A stretch of DNA of 64,000 nt from Ylistrum balloti. Its lineage: Eukaryota. How positions within the stretch are numbered: the stretch's first letter is position 1; the number at the start of each line of letters is the position of its first letter. The stretch is from positions 620,001 through 684,000 of the forward strand of contig NW_026782217.1 of the NCBI RefSeq assembly GCF_031769215.1. Reading direction: 5' to 3'. The translations under genes were made by a program, and so were the position numbers. The notes under the pieces were generated by a model. It was not told the origin of the DNA. It was given only the letters and a program-made list of their open reading frames with translations, and ran no database searches. This document shows positions 11,787 to 23,020 of this stretch, one piece after another.

Positions 11787-14700
11787 CACTTAATAAGGTT
11801 TGTAATCTTGATATATTTTAGTGCCAAACTTTCATATCAATTTGTAAATAACATTTTTCACATTTACAATTGTATTTGTTATTTCATCATACATGTAAAA
11901 TATTTTTCCAATCAGATGACCTCTGCGGTAAACACACGGTTTAAACATATAAAATCGGTTATTAAAACAAAACAGAACCTTTATATTGAAATACCTTAAT
12001 TCATATAAATTTATTTATATATAGAAATCATTCATCTGAAATTTGCATTTCTGGCGGTTATCAACCTCAATAAATGCAGGACTTATTCGTCAGCGTAATA
12101 CGATATGAAGACACATATCCGTCTAGATTTAGGAAAAGATGAGCTTATGGTTAAAAATTAATGCGGATGTTTGACGTCTTTGGGAATGCCCTGTACATTA
12201 TTGCAGGTACGCGTTTCAAAAAATCCATGTGGTGTTTCCGCTCTAATCGCGCAAGTACGCTTACGCTGATACTTACTAACCTCGGATGATATTTGATATA
12301 GGCAAAGTGTGATAAACAGAATCAGAATGATGTATCACTTCACAATCAACGAATCGAGATATGTGTTTCTTTTATCAATAACTCTTAAAATGTCAATCGA
12401 CGTGAACTTCAACTGGTGCCTCGTTCCATAACTATTAACCAGGATAACTATAGTGAAATCATTAGGCTGACGAAAGAGTACCACAAGACTTCGATCTTCA
12501 TATACCATTAAACATCTCCCAATGAGATTGAGAACATTAAATATGACAGACAGGGTTTCCATTAATTTAGTTGTCATAGTATAAATACTTCCTACACTAG
12601 ATAAAAAAGTTAATCTTCAATTGAGTCAAGTAGTTCGTGTACAGCAAATGCCAAACAATACCTATTGATAACTAATCACACACATCAATATTCGTATTAA
12701 TTCATTGATATAGTTGTCATAATAGGTCTTAATAGGGTTGGCAAAGAAATCTTAGGTTATGTTGAAGATGAGCTTTTATTGATCCAGTGTAGAAAGCTAA
12801 TTTGGCATAGAAAAAAAGCGTCGTTAATATTTATTAGCATTAATTTAATTGAATTAATATGACTTTATTTCTCTTTTCAGCAAATCACACACAGGATGAA
12901 TTCGCGTACTAAACAGTCACCGAAGGGGCAACATTGTCTAATCTATACTTAAATGATGGAGAGGTCGTTTGAATACATCAAGGAATCGGATTAGGAACAA
13001 GATAAAAACACAATGACATTTTCAGGAATATTCCTTCGTTCGATTGGCAAAAGATTTTTTACCTAAAAGATCACCGAAGTAAGAGTGTTTTGTATTGAAA
13101 TTTTGATGTAGCGTGAACTCTTACTACAACCTTGTTTTCTCTTTAGTTTTATATCATTTAAAAACCAAAATAATTTCAGCGAAGGATTTATTCATCTTAA
13201 AAGATAGGGGTAGCGTACCAATTAATCTGAAAAGCTATTTATTTAAAAATATATCAGTTGCAGATATACTAATATTGTCGGGAACATCTAATTAAAATTT
13301 AGTATGTATTTGTTTATTTTTGTTTCTGGATGACATCACTTTTTAAAGCCTTAAATTCTAATTTTCTATGTAAACAATTTGATTCAAAATCACACGTGTA
13401 TTGGTAACGCTGATCATATAGAAACAGGAATGTGATTACATCATGGAAGGAGAAATTAGATCACACTATGGGTAAGGAGACTAGCAAAGTACAGAATAAG
13501 CCATGTACGATGTAGAACATAAAGATATTGGAAAAGATATAAACTAATTTGGACCTTAAATGTCTGTCGTCTGCCCCTCCGTGAGTAGTTTCTCGACATA
13601 TGTTAATGATATTTTCATCCAACATATACCGAAGTTCCTTGATGAAAATAACGCCATTCTCATATATAATCTTAGGTTATCCGTCAATATACAGTTTTTA
13701 GCGAAACAGCCAATAATTTATGAATACTTAAACTTGCTTCATATGTATTATCACGACTGATTATTGCTTGAAACAGTTGCTATGGTAATAAAAAAGGACG
13801 CGTGGTTGAGATTGCTGTTCCGATATATCTCACCATACAAATACTACTTTCTTGCCAAATGTACTTGCTTAGCAACCCTATTATTACCGAGACATCCGAA
13901 ATTTGACAAACCGAATTAAGTGGTAATGATATTTCATTATTTTATAATGATTTTCAGATATATGAGGTGAGGGCGTGGTGATCATGTTGTCTATATATGA
14001 CTACACAAACACATTGTAGACAGGATATCGAATAGTATACGATCATACGGCTGGGTCCTTACTGACTGCGGTCAGTATTCTAGTTCACTCACTTTGGTTC
14101 CATTATCTATGTAGAAATTCATTAATATCTTACTAGATGTAAACAGTTTACTGCGGAATAAGCTAACAGCTTATATCACTTAAATAAGAAACACGTGTTT
14201 ATACTTTGTACCTTATATATTCAAAATAAAGAAATAAAGCTTTAATTATGTACGTATTGGAATTCCTTATTGTTTAAAGGAGCCATATGCTTTTACAATT
14301 CTAATCTTCCATGTTGACTACAAAGGGAAAATCATCACTTTTAATCTTATGGAATGAAATAACTGAATGAACAAAATATTACGTAAATAAAAAATTAACA
14401 TTAATTACAATAAGAGGCTTACACATGTCGTTGTTGATCAAAGCAACGGCAAGATTCAGCTAGGTTGTTTATTTGTCTGGCTTGTTTATCCCGGGGTAAA
14501 GTTTGTGACAGGATTGTCTTGTAGTTGTAGTCAGTAAATAATTGAAAAACCATGCGAGAAACCCGTTAAAAATGCCATCCAGAACAATTACAGCAACTTG
14601 AATCCCAAGGACACCACAAAGACACAACAGGGCGAACAGAATAACAGCTTTCTCAGATATTTTAATCGGTACGGGTAGGGATCGCACCACACCTCCCGAA

Positions 14701-15160
14701 TATTTACCCGAGGTTACAGCTATCAAATGACCTGCGCTATTATGACCCTTTCCATGTATACTATAAACTTATTAACACAGTCTTCAAATGGAATTATCAT
14801 TCGTGATATAAAATTGTAAAATTTCTGCCTCAGTCCATTTTCTTTCGGCATTTGGTTGTGATTAGTTTTAAGGAACAGTTGACTTTCATGAAATATAATT
14901 ATATTATATTTATGGTAAACCATAATTTACCTCCTGCAATCTCTAAAGGATCTTCAAAAGCATTTAATTAGTACCTTTTCAAGAAAGCCGTTACCATGCC
15001 TACGTCGTGAACAACCAAAGCGTTATCGTAGAAAAAACATATCCATGTATGTCATATTATGTCGTTAACGAGTCAACACAAAGATGATTTAAAACAACGT
15101 GTATATAATACATGTATGTTACTATTTTAGCAAAACTAACACGTTTTAGCATTTACTTAC

Positions 15161-15233
15161 CACGTAAATTATCAATGGGGAAACCATCCCTCCAAGTCTC
15201 GATAATGAATTCTGGAGTCCGTTTCCAATATTT
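15161..15233 (-). CDS. SLC22: SLC22 transporter, coding exon 7
   Basis: TTTTTCAG|A; (R)NIGNGLQNSLSRLGGMVSPLIIYV. Donor GTG|GTAAGT; phases match both neighbours. Confidence 0.92.
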
Positions 15234-15977
15234 CTGAAAAAAAAAATAATTCGATGCAGTTCAATATATTATTAGACATAAATTGTTATTTTTTTAAAAT
15301 TTGATTTGAAATTAGATATTAACTTACAGCTGTATCACCATCACAATAACCACTCAAGGACGATCACAAAAGTATCATGAAGTAATAGCAGATAGCTAGA
15401 AGGAATACCATAATCAAAACTAACTAGAATTTTTTTCCTGAAAGCAAAAACTAGACAAGAGAGAAAACAAACCAAAAAAATCTTAACTTCACACACAAAT
15501 AGTCCGAAATGTTCCAATCATCTATCCACGATTTTATTTTTGGTCGTGGTCGCAACCGGTAAACATGCACGATGATGTTAAAACAGTCTGATAGTTTTAA
15601 GACAAGACGGCAGTCAAACACTCTTCAGCCTGTTTAGCAGACTGACCCGTCAAGACCAAAACCTTGTCTCCCATACTTAATTTTATCCATTTTATAAACT
15701 CAAATAAGGTATGTCTCTCCAAGAAGGTGTTGTGCAGCCAACAATATTATTCTTCGTGAAATCAGCAGCTAAGACAAGGATATATTTTCTTTGTGTTGCA
15801 TTTTATCATCCTTTAGGAGGAAATGTGTGGGCTCCTCATATGGCTCGATTTATTTGACATAATAAATCTTATTTTTTATTAATCGAATGAAAAAATGAAA
15901 TATACTACATTGTAATCAACACCTTATATAGCTTGACCCTGATATTGACAATCAGATGACTTTCAGTTTTCTTGTTC

Positions 15978-16075
15978 GTTTGGTGGTGCATTAGTTACAC
16001 GCACTCGCCTTTGACCTAGGTGTCCGGGGTTCGATTTTCCGGGCGGACGTGAAAAGGCATGTTGGTCAGTCACAC
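15978..16075 (+). mobile_element. Degenerate tRNA-derived SINE head
   Basis: A-box-like TGGTGCATTAGTT and B-box-like GGTTCGATTTTCC at tRNA spacing; continues into non-tRNA sequence (GTGAAAAGG). Confidence 0.55.
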
Positions 16076-17442
16076 TTTGGGTGCATTCACTGCAATTTTC
16101 TTATTTGTTCATAACTTGCTTTATTCTTGTTTATAACTTGGTTTATACTTGGTCGTTCATCAAACACTCATTGGAATGATAAAACGTTTCTCGTCAAGGT
16201 AAGGAATATTTTACTAAGGTCTGTTGCCCCTAGAATAGCAAAATACATAATAGAAAAAACATCCTTGTCGGGAGTTACACCTCTTGTCCCATACATATAT
16301 ATGGACCGTGAGTCGGGAATTCGTGTTAAATCCCTGTGTCTTAACATTACACTTCTAGATTTTAATCTGAGGAAGTTTTTTGATGGTTTTAACAAATTTG
16401 AATCATGTGACCCTGGAAAAGAGCTTAGGTAATTTCTTACAAGCTCTATCGCGCTTCAGTTCCGCTATAACCTATCAGCTAGATATCCCGTGTCTAGACG
16501 TTTTAGTTAACTAATCGTTTGAGGGTTTTAATAAATTTTATCCCTGTGGCCTAGAGAATTAGTTAAGGTTACTCTTTTTTGCTTACTTTGCTGGTATTTA
16601 TTCCAGAAACCTATCAGCCAAATGCCTTTAATACCTTGACCTCTAAGTATTGAGAAAAAGTAGTGTAACAAGAGAGGTTAGCACCGAATGGATGGGTCCA
16701 ACACCATGGCACAAGCTTACTTAAATCCTAAAATGATTTTTTTCTATCTTTGACCTTGAGTTAAAGGTCATTGTAATTTAATTTCAAAGTACATCCCCTT
16801 GGCTGTAGGGGGCGGTATGTATCAGCTTCATCGTGGTGTCTTTAATGTTTCAAAAGACAAAAATGGCCGAAAAAATTGCTAGGGAGTACACTGTCTGTTT
16901 ATTTAATTTTTATCAAGGTATCTCTCTACCGGCTCAAACGTAATGGTCCTGACAAGAAAATGCTGCACATATTTGATCTTTGACCAGACGAACCCTTAGG
17001 GATTTAGATTTCTGTTCTTACAAATAACATTTTTACGCGGCAATATGTAGTTAACTCTGGAAATACACTTCGATACATGTACAGTTAATAAAATCCTTCT
17101 ATATAAATTTGATAACCCTAAATGTTCATAAACCAATTTAAAAAAACATCGTATGAACAGCATCGAGTTCAACTGGACTCCCATAGTATACCGTAAGATT
17201 TTTTTTATGAATTATTCGCAAATATTATTACTATTATGCATCACTTAAAATCACATTTAGATGTGTGACATTATCTTCAAATTGAGACCACGATAAGCAA
17301 ACATCGCGCATATACAACAGGTGTAAGTAATACCAGGACTTTCTTGCTGAAAGCTGATCACCACGCGTAAATATTGATACACTCAATGTGGTTGGTTAGC
17401 TGCTCCTAGAGACTCCACACAACTGTTAATATATGTTCTTAC

Positions 17443-17560
17443 CTAACCACTGTAGGATATGTTTCCGCCGTGAAAACAATTAAGGATGTCCACGCCGCTC
17501 CAACACTTAATTTACAAGTCAGAGCAAATCCACTGATGACTACAGCTTTGTCTTCAACAT
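17443..17560 (-). CDS. SLC22: SLC22 transporter, coding exon 6
   Basis: TTTCCAG|AT; (D)VEDKAVVISGFALTCKLSVGAAWTSLIVFTAETYPTVVR (AExYPT..R motif). Donor AG|GTAAGA. Confidence 0.92.
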
Positions 17561-18574
17561 CTGGAAAATATAAACATAATTTACCAGTCTGTCTCATAGG
17601 CTGATCGCCATCTTGAAAGAGACATGTTTATTTTGGATTAATCGATTTTCGGATAAACAATATTCTTGGGAAGCAAAGATGTTGTAGGTAAAATAAGTTT
17701 TCAACATATGCTTTGAGCCATATAAAGAAAAGAGCACAAAAGTGTATTTGTATCCCTTTTTTCGATTGGGATGCTCGTTCCCATAAAGGTAATTTACCTG
17801 TTTGCATAATCTTTTTAATAATTGCAATAGGTTAGCGAGTACTGTCTATCAAATTGCATTATTTATATATGTATATATTTACTGGTAAGTAATATTAATC
17901 CTATACCTACTGTTCCCAGAGTCATAAACCACCTACCACGTGTATCTTTGCTGTCATCAGCAGTGCCGAAAAACAGCTGTTTTAGCACAAGCATCATATT
18001 ATTTTAAAGGCATAACTATCTTTTAAAAAAACGAGTTTTGGTATCGCTTTGGACAACTTATTTTGGATAAAAAAACGCAAATGCTATTATTTACGTTGGA
18101 AGGAGAGAAACTGTTTGGACGTAGGTGATCTGGCCAAGGTCAGTATATTGTCAATGTAAAGTAAACCCTGTTTAAACTCAAAATGCCGATGTTTCGCTTG
18201 TCTAAATTCTAAATATAATATAAATGTTCCTAGGTAAACAGAATACAATTTTTTTTTTTAAATAAGCTTCATTTTTTATTATAAACAGAAAAACAAAATC
18301 GACTCGCCCAAGCCTAACTGCTTTTGTCTTTCTTCGCTCTCGCCGTATTACAACTTACATCTTATGACACTGACCCTGTATTCTTCTATACATGCCATTA
18401 TTTGTCCACTCTATGTTGGTTTCAAGTACAATTCTTGACACAAGGGAACTATTTATCGAGTAGGTTAATAACGGAAAATATATTAAAAATAAATTGAGAG
18501 CGTTTTATCAAAAGTTCTTTAGTGTTTGTCGTACACCATATCAATTAGACATCGTTATTCTCGTCAGATCTCAC

Positions 18575-18657
18575 CTACAACTTCCACAACTGCTACCACA
18601 ATACCGGCCACACCTCCAATCACAAAAAACAGAAGGCATGTTAGTCTCCGGCCAATA
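18575..18657 (-). CDS. SLC22: SLC22 transporter, coding exon 5
   Basis: Not in the ORF track. CAG|T ATT; (C)IGRRLTCLLFFVIGGVAGIVVAVVEVV (GRR motif plus TM helix). Donor G|GTGAGA. Confidence 0.9.
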
Positions 18658-18941
18658 CTGTTAAACAGCAAGTCCCAAAAAGCAGTGTTAATATTGATGG
18701 CAGTGTAATGTATTTGGGTCAGTTTGATTCAATATACAAGAATGTACCTTACACTTAGTGATAGCAAACAAAAAGTTTACCATTAAATGGAATGGTACAG
18801 AGTTTCTAAAACTGTGACCACATACATACTAGATATAGTGATTCATTAATCTTGAATGTCTGCACAAAACATCTAATTAAATTGCACATTTCCATACATA
18901 TTTAGAGCTAGATACAATAAAACCAAATAATGAATTAATCT

Positions 18942-19660
18942 GCATCATACGGCTGTTTTGTCCTTCTAGGACTCGTCAGTGTTGCTACATCATACAGCTG
19001 TTTCGTACTTCTAGGACTCGTCAGTGTTGCTACATCATAAAGCTGTTTCGTCCTTCTAGGACTCGTCAGTGTTGCTACATCATACAGCTGTTTCGTCCTT
19101 CTAGGACTCGACAGTGTCGCTACATCATACGGCTGTTTCGTACTTCTAGGACTCGTCAGTGTTGCTACATCATAAAGCTGTTTCGTCCTTCTAGGACTCG
19201 TCAGTGTTGCTACATCATACAGCTGTTTCGTCCTTCTAGGACTCGACAGTGTCGCTACATCATACGGCTGTTTTGTCCTTCTAGGACTCGTCAGTGTTGC
19301 TACATCATAAAGCTGTTTCGTCCTTCTAGGACTCGACAGTGTCGCTACATCATACAGCTGTTTCGTCCTTCTAGGACTCGTCAGTGTTGCTACATCATAC
19401 AGCTGTTTCGTACTTCTAGGACTCGACAGTGTTGCTACATCATACAGCTGTTTTGTCCTTCTAGGACTCGTCAGTGTTGCTACATCATAAAGCTGTTTCG
19501 TCCTTCTAGGACTCGTCAGTGTTGCTACATCATACAGCTGTTTAGTACTTCTAGGACTCGACAGTGTCGCTACATCATATAGCTGTTTCGTCCTTCTAGG
19601 ACTCGTCAGTGTCGCTACATCATACAGATGTTTCGTCCTTCTAGGACTCGACAGTGTCGC
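18942..19660 (-). ncRNA. Tandem array of 16 minimal type I hammerhead ribozyme motifs (45-nt unit)
   Basis: Minus-strand unit GCAACA-CUGACGA-GUCC(UAGAA)GGAC-GAAA-C(AGCU)G-UA-UGAUGU-A: canonical core, 4-bp stem II, palindromic loop III and a pairable stem I. The copy at 19347-19390 matches the full consensus. Confidence 0.85.
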
Positions 19661-19892
19661 TATGGGCCGCAACTAGAGAAACCTAGATAGCAACTGCTGA
19701 TACTTTTTGAATATTTTTTAGTGAGTTTCAGACTTGATTTTAATTGTTACTGTCGTGGTATGAAATGTATGGCGATAAATATATTAAATTCGTTCCATCT
19801 TAAATGCATACGTTCTATAACACATACTTTGAGCGACTAGTTTCCTCACAGATTAATTAAAAACGATAAGCTTAAGATTCCGCTTAACTCAC

Positions 19893-20027
19893 CAGTTCGC
19901 CATGTAGTACGTGATTAACTGTGCAGGAACGTCGATAATATTGATGAGGAATATATTGATGTAGATATTACCGGAAAGGTTCTGGACACCAAAGGAAATG
20001 GCGTAATACACGTACGACGCCGTTACC
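19893..20027 (-). CDS. SLC22: SLC22 transporter, coding exon 4
   Basis: CAG|G GTA; VTASYVYYAISFGVQNLSGNIYINIFLINIIDVPA...MAN. Donor TG|GTGAGT. Confidence 0.93.
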
Positions 20028-20288
20028 CTGGCAACAAAAAAAGAAACGGCGTAATACACAAACGTCACTCTCACCAAGGCAACAGAAAGGAAATTACTTC
20101 ACACAAACACGACACTGCCGTTTATGATTACAAAAATGAAAATACCGAAATACTCATAGGATCATGTTACCATAGCAACAAAGAATATTTGTAAACGTTA
20201 GAAAATCTATGTTAATTCCAACTTTGTCACTTCAAAGAAAAATGTTACCAATTTATTTCGAAAAACGGAATATTATTAATTATCTTAC

Positions 20289-20522
20289 CATCCAACTCCC
20301 AGTAACATACTCCTCGACAGCAGTATTCTGGAGCATAATATATCTCGTAAATTATATGCGTGTTTTGAATGCCTGATGGACATGTCATTTTCTACAATAT
20401 CTGACAACATTGTAAAATCAGGAACACTTTTCTTGTTTGTCTTTGCTATCTTGTTTACGACTTTCATTGCATCACCCTGTTTCCCATGCGTTACCAACCA
20501 TCGAAAACTTTCTGGAAAGTAC
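20289..20522 (-). CDS. SLC22: SLC22 transporter, coding exon 3
   Basis: CAG|G TAC; YFPESFRWLVTHGK (PESxRWL motif) through SMLLGVGW. Donor TG|GTAAGA. Confidence 0.95.
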
Positions 20523-21476
20523 CTGGACATTATCAAAATAAACACAAAATTAATTATTAATCCTTCTGTCAGTTCCCAAACTCTGACAAGTAACATTTAA
20601 TTAGCTTAAATCTACACAAAACACATCAACGTTGAAAGAACGGTGTAGTTATGTCCATCTTGAAATACATATACATGAAATCATTGCGGCAGGAAGCGTT
20701 TATTTTTGCGATTGAAAATAATACCTTGATGAAGTGATATCGTGAAATAAAACTTTATATTAAAAGGTTTAATGACGTCAATTGGGAGTATAAGACCTAA
20801 ACTTGTACAAAGTTCCCTTGGACTAACGAAAACTGAATTGTTTTATTTGAGAATCTTAAATGAGTTAGGTGGTTTGGTATGATACCAGCCTTCAGAAAAT
20901 GGCATTATTCAAGTTCTAAGTGAATAAATTCAATATGGAAACTAATGTATTGATCTCATCTATCTGATAACTTAAATTAAGTGATATTCTCAAAATCAAT
21001 TCCACGTTTTTTTTTCATATCTTAGACAATTTTTTCACGTCTTTCGGTAAAGGTACAAGTGTGTTATGACATGTGTGTCTTTCTATAGTTCAGATCAGGT
21101 CGGACAGCTCAGTTGTGAGATAAAATCTCATTCATTTGAAGTTTAAGATAATGATATTTACATAATTTATAACGTATTTCAGAAATCTACAATGTTCAAA
21201 CATTAGGAATCTACTGACTGTAAAAAGAAAATTTTCAGTTGGTTGAAATTTCGTGGTTTTCAAAAGTTGAAATACGTTAGTTTATGAGTACTTATTTTCG
21301 TGGATGAAGAGCTCTAAAACAAAATACTAAATTACAATATAAGAGTGAGTTGATTAATTGATTAACTATATAAATTGGTGGGTTAACAGTGCCCACGAAA
21401 TCAGCATAAATATTTTCTGTCGTAAATTAACTATTCTATAGTACTTCAGTGAAGATGTTAACAAAGAGTCACTCAC

Positions 21477-21898
21477 CACCAAGCCAACAGCCATGGAAAA
21501 GAGGCGACAGCGGTTGCTAGGTGCAAGTATTTCCAATTATGCAGCCACATGCAAAAGAAGGCAAACAGGCCACACCATACTGCCCATATAGGGAACGTCG
21601 TTGTTATTGCTCTATATTGAGCAGGTGTGAACTCAATCAGGTAGGTGTAGAATACTGCTATATAGCACCCAACGGCGAAACCAATGAAAAATCGGAGCAC
21701 GGCGAACATCTGCCAGGACACGGAATATGCCGCTATTGCATTAGTTATCACAAGGGTCAACAAAGATAAGAAGTAAATTGGTTTTCTTCCATAAGCATCC
21801 GCGAAATGTCCAGAAAAGAATCCGCTAACAAAAAGTCCCGCCATTTGAATTGTTGTGATAGTTGATGTTATCAGCTCCCGATCACAAACAAGATCCCA
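21477..21898 (-). CDS. SLC22: SLC22 transporter, coding exon 2
   Basis: AAG|TGG acceptor; WDLVCD...FADAYGRKP...LRFFIG...YLIEFTPAQYRA...HNWKYL (SLC22/MFS motifs). Donor TG|GTGAGT. Confidence 0.95.
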
Positions 21899-22561
21899 CT
21901 TTGAAACAAGAAACAAAAACGTGACGAATTCTCCAGAACTAAATAAAATTATCCTGAAGGGAAATACGGACTTCTAAATATATTGGAAAGGAGTACTATT
22001 GAAAACATATTTTTGCACTTGATGGGGGTTAAGTTGGGTGGGAATGGGTTATAACTTTCACGTGATATGAAATTATATGCCCCACCCCACGACGATAAAA
22101 TAAGCGTAAAATATTGCCTACAATCCGTGGAAAAACGATATAGTTAAAAGCTAACTTATAGCCTTTTGTAAATAAATGTACTCGATAGTTTAGAAGATCC
22201 TGCGTTCAGAAGTACAGAATAACACCGAACACTCCAACACACAGTTTACCGTTTTTCAATCATGTTATGTTTTATTTTGTCAGTAGAACCGTAAACCCAA
22301 AATCTTGAATTTCATTAGCGGTATCGCCATTGCTATTTCCAAAGAACCCGTTATAAGCAAAGCGATTTTTGTGCTAGATATCACGTCAACTGACAGACAA
22401 ACTGAAAACATTTGGTTTCATTAGATAATAGTTGATAAAAAATATGGGAAGGTTTCATGCTGTCAAAGTCATCTCATTGAAAAATACTCTATTTCTTTGC
22501 GTGATATGAAGCTGGGCGTGTTTGACTCTCTTTAGGTTTACGTGGCGGGTGTCGTCGATGA

Positions 22562-22629
22562 AGCAGAAGACGCTTACCCTTCCGGAACACCTGGTCTTAT
22601 TCTCCTTGTACTTCTTCAAGAGTCTCCGT
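22562..22629. repeat. Interspersed repeat fragment (CTTACCCTTCCGGAACACCTG family)
   Basis: A homologous copy at about 24470-24534 and an inverted decayed copy at about 2545-2575. Confidence 0.5.
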
Positions 22630-22708
22630 ATTGGTATCTTCTATTAGTTTTCATTGAAATAAGAGGGGGAAAATATGTGTTAACATATTGAAAAGTTTCT
22701 AAACTCAC

Positions 22709-23020
22709 CTCATTAACGATATCGTACAGGTTGTTTGTAAACCTATGTCGAATACAGGAGGACGAGGATGTATTGGCTGGCGGTGAACACTCCTGGAAAG
22801 AGGAGTTTGTCAAGGGAATCTCCGTCACGGTGCTGTCAGTTCTATTTATAGTGTAATCGCACCACCAATCAGGTATAACGCCTGCGTATGACATCATCAT
22901 CATGCTCCAGGCAACCGGAAGTTTACTACCCATGACGACCGTGTACATAACAAACTGGAACCTTCCGAACCCACCACATTCCTGTAGTTTACTCTCAAGA
23001 TATTCGCTGATTGATTGCAT
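22709..23020 (-). CDS. SLC22: SLC22-family organic cation/anion transporter, coding exon 1 of 8
   Basis: ATG at 23020; MQSISEYLESKLQECGGFGRFQ...YAGVIPDWWC...DIVNE, a typical SLC22 N-terminus and extracellular loop. Ends at donor GAG|GTGAGT and joins in phase 0 to WDLVCD. Confidence 0.93.

Noticed and set aside
14469-14726. 85-aa ORF with a hydrophobic stretch in SLC22 intron 7
   Set aside because: Not needed by the SLC22 model, which is complete and in phase; no recognisable motif or splice support. A small membrane peptide cannot be excluded without expression data.
15978-16075. Possible tRNA gene (also 28551-28622)
   Set aside because: Decayed A/B boxes and no complete cloverleaf; fits SINE heads better.
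18935-19672. 245-aa repetitive ORF (TSPRRTKQLYDVATL)n
   Set aside because: Open only because the 45-nt unit is a multiple of three; it has no ATG start or flanking splice sites. Stem and core conservation fits an RNA motif instead.
22024-22048. G4 consensus GGGGG-N7-GGG-T-GGG-AAT-GGG in SLC22 intron 1
   Set aside because: A single short match of a kind expected by chance in 64 kb, with no supporting context.
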